The notes under the pieces: generated by a model
What the model saw: the letters and a program-made list of their open reading frames with translations, nothing else
Told to the model about the DNA's origin: nothing
Databases searched by the model: none
Source: Euprymna scolopes
Lineage: Eukaryota
Reading direction: 5' to 3' (one strand)
Length of the DNA stretch: 64,000 nt
Assembly (NCBI GenBank): GCA_053919585.1
Contig: JBSSHM010000269.1
Translations under genes and position numbers: made by a program
Shown: piece by piece, positions 1 through 10,347 of the stretch
How positions within the stretch are numbered: the stretch's first letter is position 1
How the letters are laid out: each line of letters begins with the position of its first letter

Positions 1-943
1 ATCGTCGCCCAACTCCATCAAACTCACTTAATATCTTTTGCGTTGAAATAATATCTATATCTAATTCTCCAGCCATAATAATGCAGGCAAGAGAATTTAA
101 TGCATTATGTTGCCCGGGCATATTAATTTCCCAATCTTGCTGATTCTGTGTTTTTTTATGTAAAACACTAAACCGCCCACGTATACCCTCTTGGTGATAG
201 CTTATTATTTGATAATCTGCTTCTTCACTAAAACCATATGTTACTACCCGACGGGTCACCTTTGGCAAAATTTTCTGTACCCCTAGATCATCAATACACA
301 TCACACATGTCCCATAAAATGGCAAATTATGAATAAAATCAATAAATGTTTGCTGTAATTTATCGGGATCATCCTGATAGGTAGACATGTGATCCAAATC
401 AATATTGGTCACCACTGAAAGAACGGGCAATAATTGTAAAAATGATGCATCACTCTCATCTGCTTCAACAACAATATACTCTCCCTGACCAAGCTCTGCA
501 TTTGAGGAGGTTGAATTAAGAATTCCCCCAATTACATAGGTTGGCTGTAATCCAGCTTCAATTAATGTCAGAGACACTAAACTGGTTGTTGTTGTCTTTC
601 CATGAGTGCCGGCAATGGCAATACCTTTACGAAAACGCATCAATTCACCCAACATAGCCGCACGACTAATAATTGGTATACGTCTTTCCCGTGCAGTAAC
701 CATTTCAATATTCTCCTCATCAATAGCAGAAGAATAAACAAGCACATCAGATTCTTTAACCGCTTCTTCACTATGTCCAATAAAAATCTTGATCCCCATT
801 TTTTCCAACTTACCCAAAGACTTTGAATAAGCAATATCAGACCCTGAAACTTTATAACCAATATGATGAAGCATTTGAGCAATGCCAGACATACCAACAC
901 CACCAATACCAACCATGTGAATATTTTTTGTAATATGCTTCAT
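1..943 (-). CDS. murC: UDP-N-acetylmuramate--L-alanine ligase (3' end outside window; not in ORF track)
   Basis: Manual translation from ATG 943: MKHITKNIHMVGIGGVGMSGIA...AIAGTHGKTTTTSL...VEADESDASFL...TNIDLDH...FDGVGRR. Confidence 0.97.
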   Translation of the reverse strand, partial: MKHITKNIHMVGIGGVGMSGIAQMLHHIGYKVSGSDIAYSKSLGKLEKMGIKIFIGHSEEAVKESDVLVYSSAIDEENIEMVTARERRIPIISRAAMLGELMRFRKGIAIAGTHGKTTTTSLVSLTLIEAGLQPTYVIGGILNSTSSNAELGQGEYIVVEADESDASFLQLLPVLSVVTNIDLDHMSTYQDDPDKLQQTFIDFIHNLPFYGTCVMCIDDLGVQKILPKVTRRVVTYGFSEEADYQIISYHQEGIRGRFSVLHKKTQNQQDWEINMPGQHNALNSLACIIMAGELDIDIISTQKILSEFDGVGRR

Positions 944-962
944 TTTGAAATAACCTTATAAT

Positions 963-1222
963 CTATCCCATCACTCTTCTATAACTAACTTCATGCCAAT
1001 TATTTAATAAACTTTTCGCTCTTTTTTGACCTAATAATTGACTGATTTCCTGATAAATTTCCTGTAAATCACTGCACTCTTTCTCACTAATTGCCTTATT
1101 CGTCTCAATCACGACCTTGATTAATGGGTTTTGCCAAAACAACTCTACGATTACATCATCACTTCATGTCTTAATCTAGACAATTGCCAATTATCATCTT
1201 GTTTTGTTAAAGGAAATACCAT
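963..1222 (-). CDS. possible small hypothetical protein (~85 aa, one frameshift)
   Basis: MVFPLTKQDDNWQLSRLRH, then in another frame SDDVIVELFWQNPLIK...SYRRVMG*; fills the parC-murC gap, co-oriented. Confidence 0.35.
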
Positions 1223-1252
1223 ATCATGAAAAACGTATTTGTTCTTTGTTCT

Positions 1253-3478
1253 TTATTCTTTTTCCTCACGTTCTAAGCGACTAACATTGGCAAAACCTCT
1301 AGGCAAGTTACTACCTCGCTTACCTCTATCAGAAATAATATTCTCTATATCCTTATAACGAAGATAGGTTTTTCTTTTTCCACTCCATAATATGATTGTC
1401 TCATTCTCGCCCATTGTTATCATGTGTAATAATTTTTCGCCATTTTTCACCTGAATTCCCATTAATTTATTCCCTCTACCACGATTTAATTTGGGCAATT
1501 GATCACAAGAAAAAACCAATAACTTTCCTAGATTGGATACACAAATTACCCATGCCTTATCATCGAGCTTCTGCAAAGGCAATAATTTAGCGCCCCTCTG
1601 CGATATTTACTACATTCTTGCCATTTTTGGTGCGACTTAATAATGCTTCATAGGGTACAGCAAATCCATATCCGTCATCACAACATACTAAATACGAACT
1701 CTCAATCTTATCAATTAGTACATCTCGAAATTTCGTGCTATCACCAACATTGACAACACTAGAAAGTGGTTCGCCATGCCCACGTGCACTAGGCAAATCA
1801 CGAATATTCGCCGTATAACTCTTGCCCATTTTATCAATCAATACCAAAGGCAGATTATTTTTCCCTGTTGCCTGTACAAGCAATTTATCTGTACCACGAT
1901 AACTCAATGTGCTACCGTCTACCCAACCTTTTGCTGTGCGAATCCATCCCTGTTTAGAAAGTACCACCGTTACCACCTCAGAAGGAGTAAGTAAATCCTC
2001 ATCAATTGCTTGTGCTCGTTCACGCTCCACAATTTCACTACGGCGATCATCTCCATCTTCTGTAGCAATTTCTTTCAATTCACGACAAATCAAGTTTTTC
2101 AGCTTAGTCTCAGATCCTAATAAAGATTCAATCTCACCACGCTCCTTAGACAACTCCTTCTGTTCTTTTTCAATCTTAATTTGCTCAAGCTTGGCTAATT
2201 GACGCAAACGTATCTCTAAAATTGCCTCTGCCTGACGCTCAGAGATAGTAAAACGTGCAACCAATTCATGCTTGGGTTCATCTGAATGACGAATAACTGC
2301 AATCACCTCATCCAAATTAAGATAGGCAATCAACAACCCTTCTAATACATGCAAGCGATCCACAATTTTATCCAAACGACATTGCAAACGCTTGCGGACA
2401 GTTTCACGGCGAAATACTAACCACTCAAGCAATAATTCACGAATATTTTTCACTTGCGGACGCCCATCTAAGCCAATCACATTCATGTTCACACGGTAAC
2501 TTCTCTCCAAATCAGTAGTGGCAAAAATATGCGACATCAATGCCTGCTTATCAATGCGATTGGAACGTGGAATCAACACCAACGCACTGAGTTTTGATGA
2601 TCAGACTCATCCCTCACATCCTCTAACCATGGCAGTTTTTTATCACGCATTTGCTTGCCTATCTGCTCCAATATACGACTGGAAGACACTTGATACGGCA
2701 ACTCAGTAATCACTAATTGCCCTTTCTCCTCTACATATTTAGCACGCACACGATACTGCCCTAATCCACCCGTATAGATTTTTTGCAACTCCTCCTTACT
2801 ACTAATAATTTCCCCACCTGTTGGCAAATCTGGTGCAGGCAACAACTCAGCAATTTCCTCAAAACCAGCCTTTGGGTTACTCAATAATAATTCACATACG
2901 CTAATCACTTCACGCATATTATGCGGGGGAATATCCGTTGCCATACCCACCGCAATACCACTGCCTCCATTAAGCAAAATATTTGGCACCTTTGCTGGCA
3001 ATTTTTCAGGCTCGTATAAAGTACCATCAAAATTTGGTACCCAATCGACTGTCCCCTGATTCAACTCACTTAATAAAAGCAAGGAATAAGGCGATAAACG
3101 TGCCTCTGTGTAACGCATGGCTGCAAAAGATTTTGGATCATCCGGAGCACCCCAGTTCCCTTGTCCTTCCACTAATGGATAGCGATAAGAAAAATCTTGT
3201 GCCATAAGCACCATCGCTTCATAACAAGCACTGTCTCCATGCGGATGAAACTTACCTAAGACATCACCCACCGTACGAGCAGATTTTTTAAACTTTGCGG
3301 TATGCTTCAATCCTAATTCAGACATGGCATAAACAATGCGACGCTGCACAGGCTTTAAACCATCTGCCACACTTGGCAACGCACGATCTAAAATCACATA
3401 CATCGCATAATTTAAATACGCCTGCTCAGCGAAATCTTGAATAGGAAGTTGATCAGAATTGTTGTCTAAATTAAACAT
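1253..3478 (-). CDS. parC: DNA topoisomerase IV subunit A (split in 3 ORFs by indels near 2580 and 1593)
   Basis: [52 protein letters not shown]; frames rejoin with single-base corrections. Confidence 0.96.
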
Positions 3479-3692
3479 TAGATAAATAGTACTAATTTAC
3501 ATATAGATTTAACCATTACATATTGTATATTTTGATAATAATTATCCCATGTTTTCACTGAGAAAAGAAATTGAGATTATTATTTGAGTACATCAAACTG
3601 ATTCTATCTGCTCCATATAGAAGATATCGACTCATCCTATCACACTTAAAACTATGTCTAAACTAATACAAACTCATATAGCCAAAAAATAA

Positions 3693-4608
3693 TCATTTCA
3701 CCCACGCATCCACTGCTTGGCTAAGTAAATCTTCAATGCTCTGTGGGTCTTCTAGCTTAATGTTTAAATAGCGACAAGCAACACGCAAATTATCTAATGC
3801 CAAAGCATTATCCAAAACAGGAGCAAAATGTTGTTTGCTGAGTTTATTACCTTGTTCATCGTACACTAATGGAACATGACGGTAGCGAGGCGTTGGTAAG
3901 CCTAACTTTTTTTTGTAAAAAAATCTGCCGTGGAGTAACATCAAGCAAATCAGCTCCGCGCACCACATCAGTAATACCTTGCCAAGCATCATCCACCACC
4001 ACGGCTAATTGATAGGCAAATAATCCATCGCTTCGCCGAATAATAAAATCCCCTACCTCTTTAGCGACATTTTTGGAAATAACGCCGTAGTGCCTATCTT
4101 CAAATACGATTTGACTCTCTGCAAGCTCATCCACACGCAAACGTAATGCCCCACCTAACTGGTCCAACTCATCCAATATATTTTCATGCCATTCACCCAT
4201 GCACTCAATAATGGATTGGTCACGACAAGGGCAATACAAACACTCTTTTCGCAATACCTTGATTTGCTTACTGCTACACCTACAACTATACACATCCCCT
4301 TGCTGCCATAACTGCTTAATCGCAGAAATATAACGATGACTTCTCTTGCTCTGAAAGATGATTTCAGAGCATGTTGATAAGTGGTGCGCCTCTAAAGCTC
4401 TCAGAATCTCCTCAGTTGCTCCAGCCTGTTCACGAGGTGGATCAATATCTTCCATACGAATTAACCACTCTCCCTGAGATGCTTTTGCATCCAAAAAACT
4501 AGCACAGGCACTCACCAATGAACCCATGTGCAATCCACCAGTCGGTGATGGTGCAAAACGTCCTCGATAATTGATTTTTTTATACTGATATAGCATGAAA
4601 ACACACAT
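3693..4608 (-). CDS. gluQ: glutamyl-Q tRNA(Asp) synthetase (frameshift in a homopolymer run near 3910)
   Basis: YRGRFAPSPTGGLHMGSL, RMEDIDPPRE, AYQLAVVVDDAWQGIT, KLSKQ; no anticodon-binding domain. Confidence 0.92.
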
Positions 4609-4856
4609 TTACATTTAAGATTTTTATTTTGCTTTTTCACAAAGCTCTATGATAAGATTTAGCTAATTTTATATGTTTTATATGGGAAAAACAAAAATGC
4701 GAAACCTACTCCTATGAAAGAGATAAAAGAAAAAAGAAAGTGATACAACTTTATTTTCCCTTACGGTGAGTATATGAGTATAACTAACATCTTAAATATA
4801 AGTATACTCAGTACACTCATATAGACATTGCGTAGTTAAATTACATACCAATCAAC

Positions 4857-5588
4857 ATGAAATCTCAACAACTTTCTAAACTTACTCGCCGAGAGCTTCT
4901 TTTAGCTCTAACTACCACGCCACTTCTAGCTTGTGCTTATGAAAAAAAAGATCAGTCTTTAGCACAACGTGGCATTACTTTTCCAAAATCCGTTATCTCA
5001 GCACTGCCTTGCTTACATGAGAATGCTATTGATTTTGTTGTTCGATACTACTCTTCACACCCTAGCCATAAAATGATTAGCCATGAAGAATGCCAAGTAA
5101 TTTTTGCTAATGGACTGTCTGCTGTACTCGTGTATCAGAACATCAATCAATCCCCACAAGATTTTACTGCTGAGCATGCCCGTAAAAATGCTCAACACGC
5201 CCTATCATTAGCCTCAACAACCATTAAACAAAAACATGGAAGTGCCATCTACTTTGCAGTGGATTATGATGCCACTAGAGAAGATATTGAACACTATATT
5301 TTGAACTATTTTAAAATCATTAATCAATTTTTTGCAGGCTCTGGCTATCAAGTTGGGGTATATGGTTCAGGTTTAGTATGCCGATATATTAAGAATAAAG
5401 AAAAGCTGGCACACTATTCCATGCTTTCACTTGCCTATAAATGGCGAGAAAGCCAAACCTACCAAGATTGGGATATCTTCCAAGGCTTTGGGAAAGGAGA
5501 TTTGTGTGGAATTGATGCTAACATAAGAGAAGACTGCAAAGCAAAAAATAACAATTATGGGCAGTTTAACACTTTTCAACAAGCATAA
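4857..5588 (+). CDS. DUF1906 (Rv2525c-like, GH25-related) glycoside hydrolase with Tat/lipoprotein signal
   Basis: TRRELL twin-arginine motif, LLAC lipobox, FVVRYYS, IYFAVDYD, YQVGVYGSG. Confidence 0.75.
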   Translation: MKSQQLSKLTRRELLLALTTTPLLACAYEKKDQSLAQRGITFPKSVISALPCLHENAIDFVVRYYSSHPSHKMISHEECQVIFANGLSAVLVYQNINQSPQDFTAEHARKNAQHALSLASTTIKQKHGSAIYFAVDYDATREDIEHYILNYFKIINQFFAGSGYQVGVYGSGLVCRYIKNKEKLAHYSMLSLAYKWRESQTYQDWDIFQGFGKGDLCGIDANIREDCKAKNNNYGQFNTFQQA

Positions 5589-5882
5589 AACAACTAATTA
5601 ACACTGCTTTATATAAACCTGATAAGTTGAACAAAAAAATTCATTGAATTAATCAAACTTATTACCCTAGCATATAAAACATAACTAGTAACCACTAGTT
5701 TTCTAGAAATGTAAAATCACCCCAAACAGGGTAAGCACCATTATAATTATTTATGTGAGTGCCGATTTTTTAAACGTTATGTACGTTACCTTCAGCATTC
5801 ATATATTGGTGGTATCCCATTAGATAAGTTAATTAAACAGTTAAGGACTTCCCTTTAAATCTGTTAATGTAGCATCCACATA

Positions 5883-6836
5883 TTGTTCATGCCAAAAGCA
5901 AAAAAAATTCTTGAAAATTTTTGGTGCTTAGATACTGAGTATTTAACCACTCAAGGAACAGCCTCCTATCTCTTAGCAGATGGAGATTCTTTACTCATGT
6001 TTGATTGTGGCATAAACAATTCAATTGCTCCTCTACTAGAACAAATTAAAAAACTTGGCTTTACTCCTCAACAAATCAAAGCCTTATTTCTGACTCATGC
6101 CCATCTTGATCATGCAGGCGGTGCAGGAACATTACTTAATCATCTACCCAATGCAACAGTTTATGGGCAAAAAGACACCATTCGACATCTGATTGAACCA
6201 ACTAATCTAGAAAAAGGCGTACGAACAGTCTATGGCAATGATTTCTATGATCGAGTCTATGGCAACCTTGTTCCTTTAGAAGCAAGCCGTTGTCAAGTTC
6301 TTGATGATAATGAAACCCTCTCTTTTACAAGCAAAAAGATACAAGCCATTTATACCCCTGGACATGCTTGGCATCATCATGCTTTTTATTGCCCCGAAGA
6401 TGATGTGGTCATTGCTGGGGATGCCTTAGGATTATCTATCCAGCGAGAAAATATTGATCAAACGATTTACTTACCCACTACACCGCCAAGCCAATTTCAC
6501 CCAGAAGAAATGATTAAATCACTACATAGAATTCAAGATATGCAGGCAAAAATTGTTTGCCTAACGCATTATGGAGTTGTCCCTGATGTCAATCAAGCGG
6601 TTGATACATTGAGTGATTTAATTACAAAAACAACCCAACTTATACAAAAGAATCATACTTCAGATAATGAAGACTTATGTAACAATTGGACAGACATTTG
6701 TCTGCAACAACTTCCCAATAGTTGGAAAAAGGATAACCCCAATGCATTGAGCATCATTAAAACTGCCGTTAGAAATGAAGCGATGCTAAACATTTCAGGT
6801 CTGCGTTATTGGATCAATAAACAATTAATAAAATAA
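5883..6836 (+). CDS. MBL-fold metallo-hydrolase
   Basis: THAHLDHAGG, TPGHAWHH, AGDALG, THYG. Confidence 0.9.
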   Translation: MFMPKAKKILENFWCLDTEYLTTQGTASYLLADGDSLLMFDCGINNSIAPLLEQIKKLGFTPQQIKALFLTHAHLDHAGGAGTLLNHLPNATVYGQKDTIRHLIEPTNLEKGVRTVYGNDFYDRVYGNLVPLEASRCQVLDDNETLSFTSKKIQAIYTPGHAWHHHAFYCPEDDVVIAGDALGLSIQRENIDQTIYLPTTPPSQFHPEEMIKSLHRIQDMQAKIVCLTHYGVVPDVNQAVDTLSDLITKTTQLIQKNHTSDNEDLCNNWTDICLQQLPNSWKKDNPNALSIIKTAVRNEAMLNISGLRYWINKQLIK

Positions 6837-6841
6837 TCGAT

Positions 6842-8131
6842 ATGTTTTCTAAATATGCCCGTACACTCAGCTTATTACTAAGCCTGCTATTTTCTTTATA
6901 TGCGACAACTTCCCTAGCTAGAAGCAGTGTTGATGTGAGTGTTAGAATCGGCGATCGCCTGATACAAGCACTTGTTTATAATGGTAATGGTGATGATTTA
7001 ATTATTTGGCTTCCTTCACAATATGGTTCACAAAATAACTACCCTATTATTGCCTCTAAAATTCAACGGTATGGGGTAGAAGTGTGGTATGTTGATATGT
7101 TTGCTGCTAATTATTTAGTCCCTTCTATCAACACAATTGGTCAAATACCACCTACTCAAGTTTCAAGATTAATTGATCAAGTTATCCAACACTCTGCAAA
7201 AAAACGAATTTGGATAATGAGTGGAGAAAGAGGAGCTCAATTGGTATTAAGAGGTATACGTGCTTGGCAAAAAAACAATCCTAAAAAGAATGTGTCCCTT
7301 AGCGGAGCAATATTAATTAATCCAGATTTAACTTATGGTAACCCTCCTGTTGGAATTAGTCCAGACTATTTACCAATTACTTATGCCACAAATAAACCTG
7401 TTGTTATCATACAATCTCGGTTTTCAAAAGATTATTTCTATTTATCTGAATTAATCAAACAACTAGAAAAAGGCGGTGCACCAGTCAAAACCTACATTCT
7501 TGATAATGTACGCGATAGATTTTATTTTAGAAGATTCTCAGAAGAGATTGAAGATAAGACACGTGATAAAAAATTAGCTCCCCTATTAATACGAGCAATT
7601 AGCGGCAGTAGAAAAGATATTAAGAGCATTGAAGCTCACGATAAACTCCCTCATTTCATAGCATTACCTAAAGTTGATTCCCCTCTAAATATCACACCAA
7701 TTTTAAAACCTAAACCACTAGCTAGCATTGCCCTTAATGATATAAATAAAAAACCTTGGGATACTGCTAAAATGCGTGGAAAAGTATTATTTATCTCTAT
7801 TTGGCCATATTGGTGTGCAGGATGCCGTTATCAATTACAACAACAGCAGGAACTTTATGAAAAAATAAAAGAAGAGGATTTTCAATTACTCTCAATTTAT
7901 TTTGATGGAACCAAAACTCAACTAAAAAAATTAATCAAACGTTATCAAATCACCTTTCCTTTATTAGAAGGTGACCCTACCCTTATTAAATCAATGAATT
8001 TACGCACATTTCCAAGTACCTTAATTGTAGATAAGAGTGGAAAAGTTCGTTATGCCATGTATGGAATACCTAGAAAACAAGACAGCAGAGATCTTATCCA
8101 CCTAATTGATACCTTAAGAAAAAAGAAATAG
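6842..8131 (+). CDS. exported protein: alpha/beta-hydrolase-like domain fused to TlpA-type thioredoxin domain
   Basis: Signal peptide; C-terminal RGKVLFISIWPYWCAGC and FPSTLIVDKSGKVRY. Confidence 0.65.
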   Translation: MFSKYARTLSLLLSLLFSLYATTSLARSSVDVSVRIGDRLIQALVYNGNGDDLIIWLPSQYGSQNNYPIIASKIQRYGVEVWYVDMFAANYLVPSINTIGQIPPTQVSRLIDQVIQHSAKKRIWIMSGERGAQLVLRGIRAWQKNNPKKNVSLSGAILINPDLTYGNPPVGISPDYLPITYATNKPVVIIQSRFSKDYFYLSELIKQLEKGGAPVKTYILDNVRDRFYFRRFSEEIEDKTRDKKLAPLLIRAISGSRKDIKSIEAHDKLPHFIALPKVDSPLNITPILKPKPLASIALNDINKKPWDTAKMRGKVLFISIWPYWCAGCRYQLQQQQELYEKIKEEDFQLLSIYFDGTKTQLKKLIKRYQITFPLLEGDPTLIKSMNLRTFPSTLIVDKSGKVRYAMYGIPRKQDSRDLIHLIDTLRKKK

Positions 8132-8204
8132 TTTGCAATGCAAACAGCACACACCTTGGTTTTTCATAAAGCCTAGTAAACCAATAGATACGTTTACTTC
8201 TTAG

Positions 8205-8375
8205 CTAACCAGCCAATTTTCGCATCAAATCTTGATTGAGTTGTTGATATAAGAGAAAAACCTTGTGATAATCTTCTGCACAGCTACACGACAAAAGCTG
8301 ACTTTTTAAAATTTTTTTACGAATTTCTTTTTGCAAAAGAACAATCGGATTTTCAGGTGCCCTTGATTCATTCAT
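8205..8375 (-). CDS. 56-aa protein, candidate antitoxin partner of the PIN gene
   Basis: Manual ORF MNESRAPENPIVLLQKEIRKKILKSQ...MRKLAG*, starting 32 nt after the PIN gene stop. Confidence 0.5.
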   Translation of the reverse strand: MNESRAPENPIVLLQKEIRKKILKSQLLSCSCAEDYHKVFLLYQQLNQDLMRKLAG

Positions 8376-8407
8376 GAAACTTATCCATTTTATGCAAAGA
8401 TTTTAAA

Positions 8408-8881
8408 CTAGACCATTGCAGGCGTATATAAATCTATACTATTTTTACCCAATAGTCGATTAATACCTGTAATTTGACTCTGACAAATATAATTGACAAT
8501 ACCTTTATAATCCCAACTAATAAAAGCATCACAACCATGAAGTGAAGCAATGGCAATATTCATCGCAGATATGAAATCCTCAGAGGCAAATATCCCTGAT
8601 TCTACATAATGTTTTGCCAACTTAAACGCCTCATCTTCTACTTTAGCAATAATCAAATTAGGAGTAGCTTTTTGTAGATAACGAAAAGGTAAATCAATGG
8701 AGTTAGGATGCTCAGTATGAATCTCTTCCCATGTGATACTGGAAATTACTGCACTGAATTGATTTTCAAAAAGTTTAGAAAAAAAATACCGAGTATACCT
8801 TTTATGCTCTTCACTACTCACGGCAAGAAAAACATTGCCGTCGATATAGTAAGATGGTTTGCTGTATCTATTCATCATCAA
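8408..8881 (-). CDS. PIN-domain (VapC-like) protein
   Basis: YYIDGNVF...SSITWEEI...LAKHYVESGI...AMNIAIA...CDAFISWDYKGIVN...IDLYTP follows the PIN family pattern. Confidence 0.75.
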   Translation of the reverse strand: MMMNRYSKPSYYIDGNVFLAVSSEEHKRYTRYFFSKLFENQFSAVISSITWEEIHTEHPNSIDLPFRYLQKATPNLIIAKVEDEAFKLAKHYVESGIFASEDFISAMNIAIASLHGCDAFISWDYKGIVNYICQSQITGINRLLGKNSIDLYTPAMV

Positions 8882-8938
8882 ATATTTAATCGTTCTTTAG
8901 ACAAACGTAAAACGCTCCCCTATGTTTATAATTATAGT

Positions 8939-10279
8939 ATGAATATTTTAATTTTTGGAGATAGTCAAGCCGAGCATACTTTGGTTAGACGTGCTAATCA
9001 AATCGAAAGCGTAAAAAAAATTTTTACCATATTTAACCATAAACAAAATGATCTAATTGGTCTTGATAAGGTACAAAATCTATCTATTTCAGCAAATGAT
9101 GATCAAGCAATCCAACAATTAATACGAGAAGAAAATATCTCCCTTTGTATTAATGATGCTCAACATAGCCAAGAGTTTTTTGATGCTATCTCCTTGGTAA
9201 AAACAGATAGTCATTCAAACTCTCTAGAAAGTCCCCTCTCCTCACCTAAAAAAAGTCTCAGTTATGCCAGTAGTGGCGTAAGTATTGATGAAGGAAATGC
9301 CTTTGTTGATAAAATCAAAACTTTGGTTAAAAATACCTACCGCAAAGAAACAATTACTTCCTTAGGAGGATTTAGTGGGGCTTTTGCAATACCTAAAAAC
9401 TATCACTCTCCCCTGCTTGTTGCTGCAACAGATGGAGTAGGTACCAAACTCAAGCTTGCTACCTTGTTACAACAGCATGATAACATAGGCATTGATTTGG
9501 TTGCTATGTGTGTCAATGACTTAATCGTATGCGGTGCCGAACCCCTGTTTTTTCTTGACTATTATGCCACTTCTAAACTAAACAACTGTGTAGCAAGCGA
9601 GGTCATAGCTGGAATTTGTAAGGGTTGTGAAATGGCTGGATGCTCATTAATCGGAGGTGAAACAGCAGAAATGCCCGGAATTTATCAACCTGAAGACTAT
9701 GATCTTGCTGGTTTTAGTGTCGGAATGGTAGAAAAAGATGAAGTGATTGATGGAAGCACCATACAAGCAGATGATGTAGTCATAGGATTACCATCAAGTG
9801 GTATTCATTCTAATGGCTATTCTCTTGTCAGAGCAGTGATTAATCAGCAACAAGCTGATTTGGATCAAATGATTGGCAACAAAACATTAGCCAAATGGTT
9901 ATTAACACCAACAAAAATTTACGTTAAAGATATTCTCAAATTAAAACAAAAATTACCTACAAAAGCGATTAAAGGACTTGCTCATATCACCGGAGGAGGT
10001 TTAATTGAGAATATCCCTCGTGTGCTACCTGATAATGTAACCGTGGAGATAGATAGTTCACACTGGGAAGTTCCTGCCATTTTCTCATGGCTACAACAAC
10101 AAGGCAATATTAATGATCAAGAAATGTGGCGCGTGTTTAACATGGGTATTGGTATGGTAGTCATTCTCTCACCTGAACATCTCCCCCTAGCATTAAAACA
10201 GTTACAATCACTAAATGCTATAAAAATTGGCGTTGTTAAAACGCTAGAATCCTCATCTGATCAATGCACTATTTTATAG
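8939..10279 (+). CDS. purM: AIR synthase with N-terminal PurD-N-like extension
   Basis: LSYASSGV, TDGVGTK, GIDLVAMCVND, GGETAEMPG, HSNGYSL, AHITGGG, FNMGIG; start placed at ATG 8939 to avoid overlapping the PIN gene. Confidence 0.95.
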   Translation: MNILIFGDSQAEHTLVRRANQIESVKKIFTIFNHKQNDLIGLDKVQNLSISANDDQAIQQLIREENISLCINDAQHSQEFFDAISLVKTDSHSNSLESPLSSPKKSLSYASSGVSIDEGNAFVDKIKTLVKNTYRKETITSLGGFSGAFAIPKNYHSPLLVAATDGVGTKLKLATLLQQHDNIGIDLVAMCVNDLIVCGAEPLFFLDYYATSKLNNCVASEVIAGICKGCEMAGCSLIGGETAEMPGIYQPEDYDLAGFSVGMVEKDEVIDGSTIQADDVVIGLPSSGIHSNGYSLVRAVINQQQADLDQMIGNKTLAKWLLTPTKIYVKDILKLKQKLPTKAIKGLAHITGGGLIENIPRVLPDNVTVEIDSSHWEVPAIFSWLQQQGNINDQEMWRVFNMGIGMVVILSPEHLPLALKQLQSLNAIKIGVVKTLESSSDQCTIL

Positions 10280-10347
10280 TAAATTTTTATTTATCAACAT
10301 TTACCATAACAAATTTTTAAAAAATTACAGCCTATACTAAGCTTAAC

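Noticed and set aside
8708-8938. First 77 codons of the 523-aa ORF as part of PurM
   Set aside because: They overlap the PIN gene antisense; recognisable protein starts at ATG 8939.
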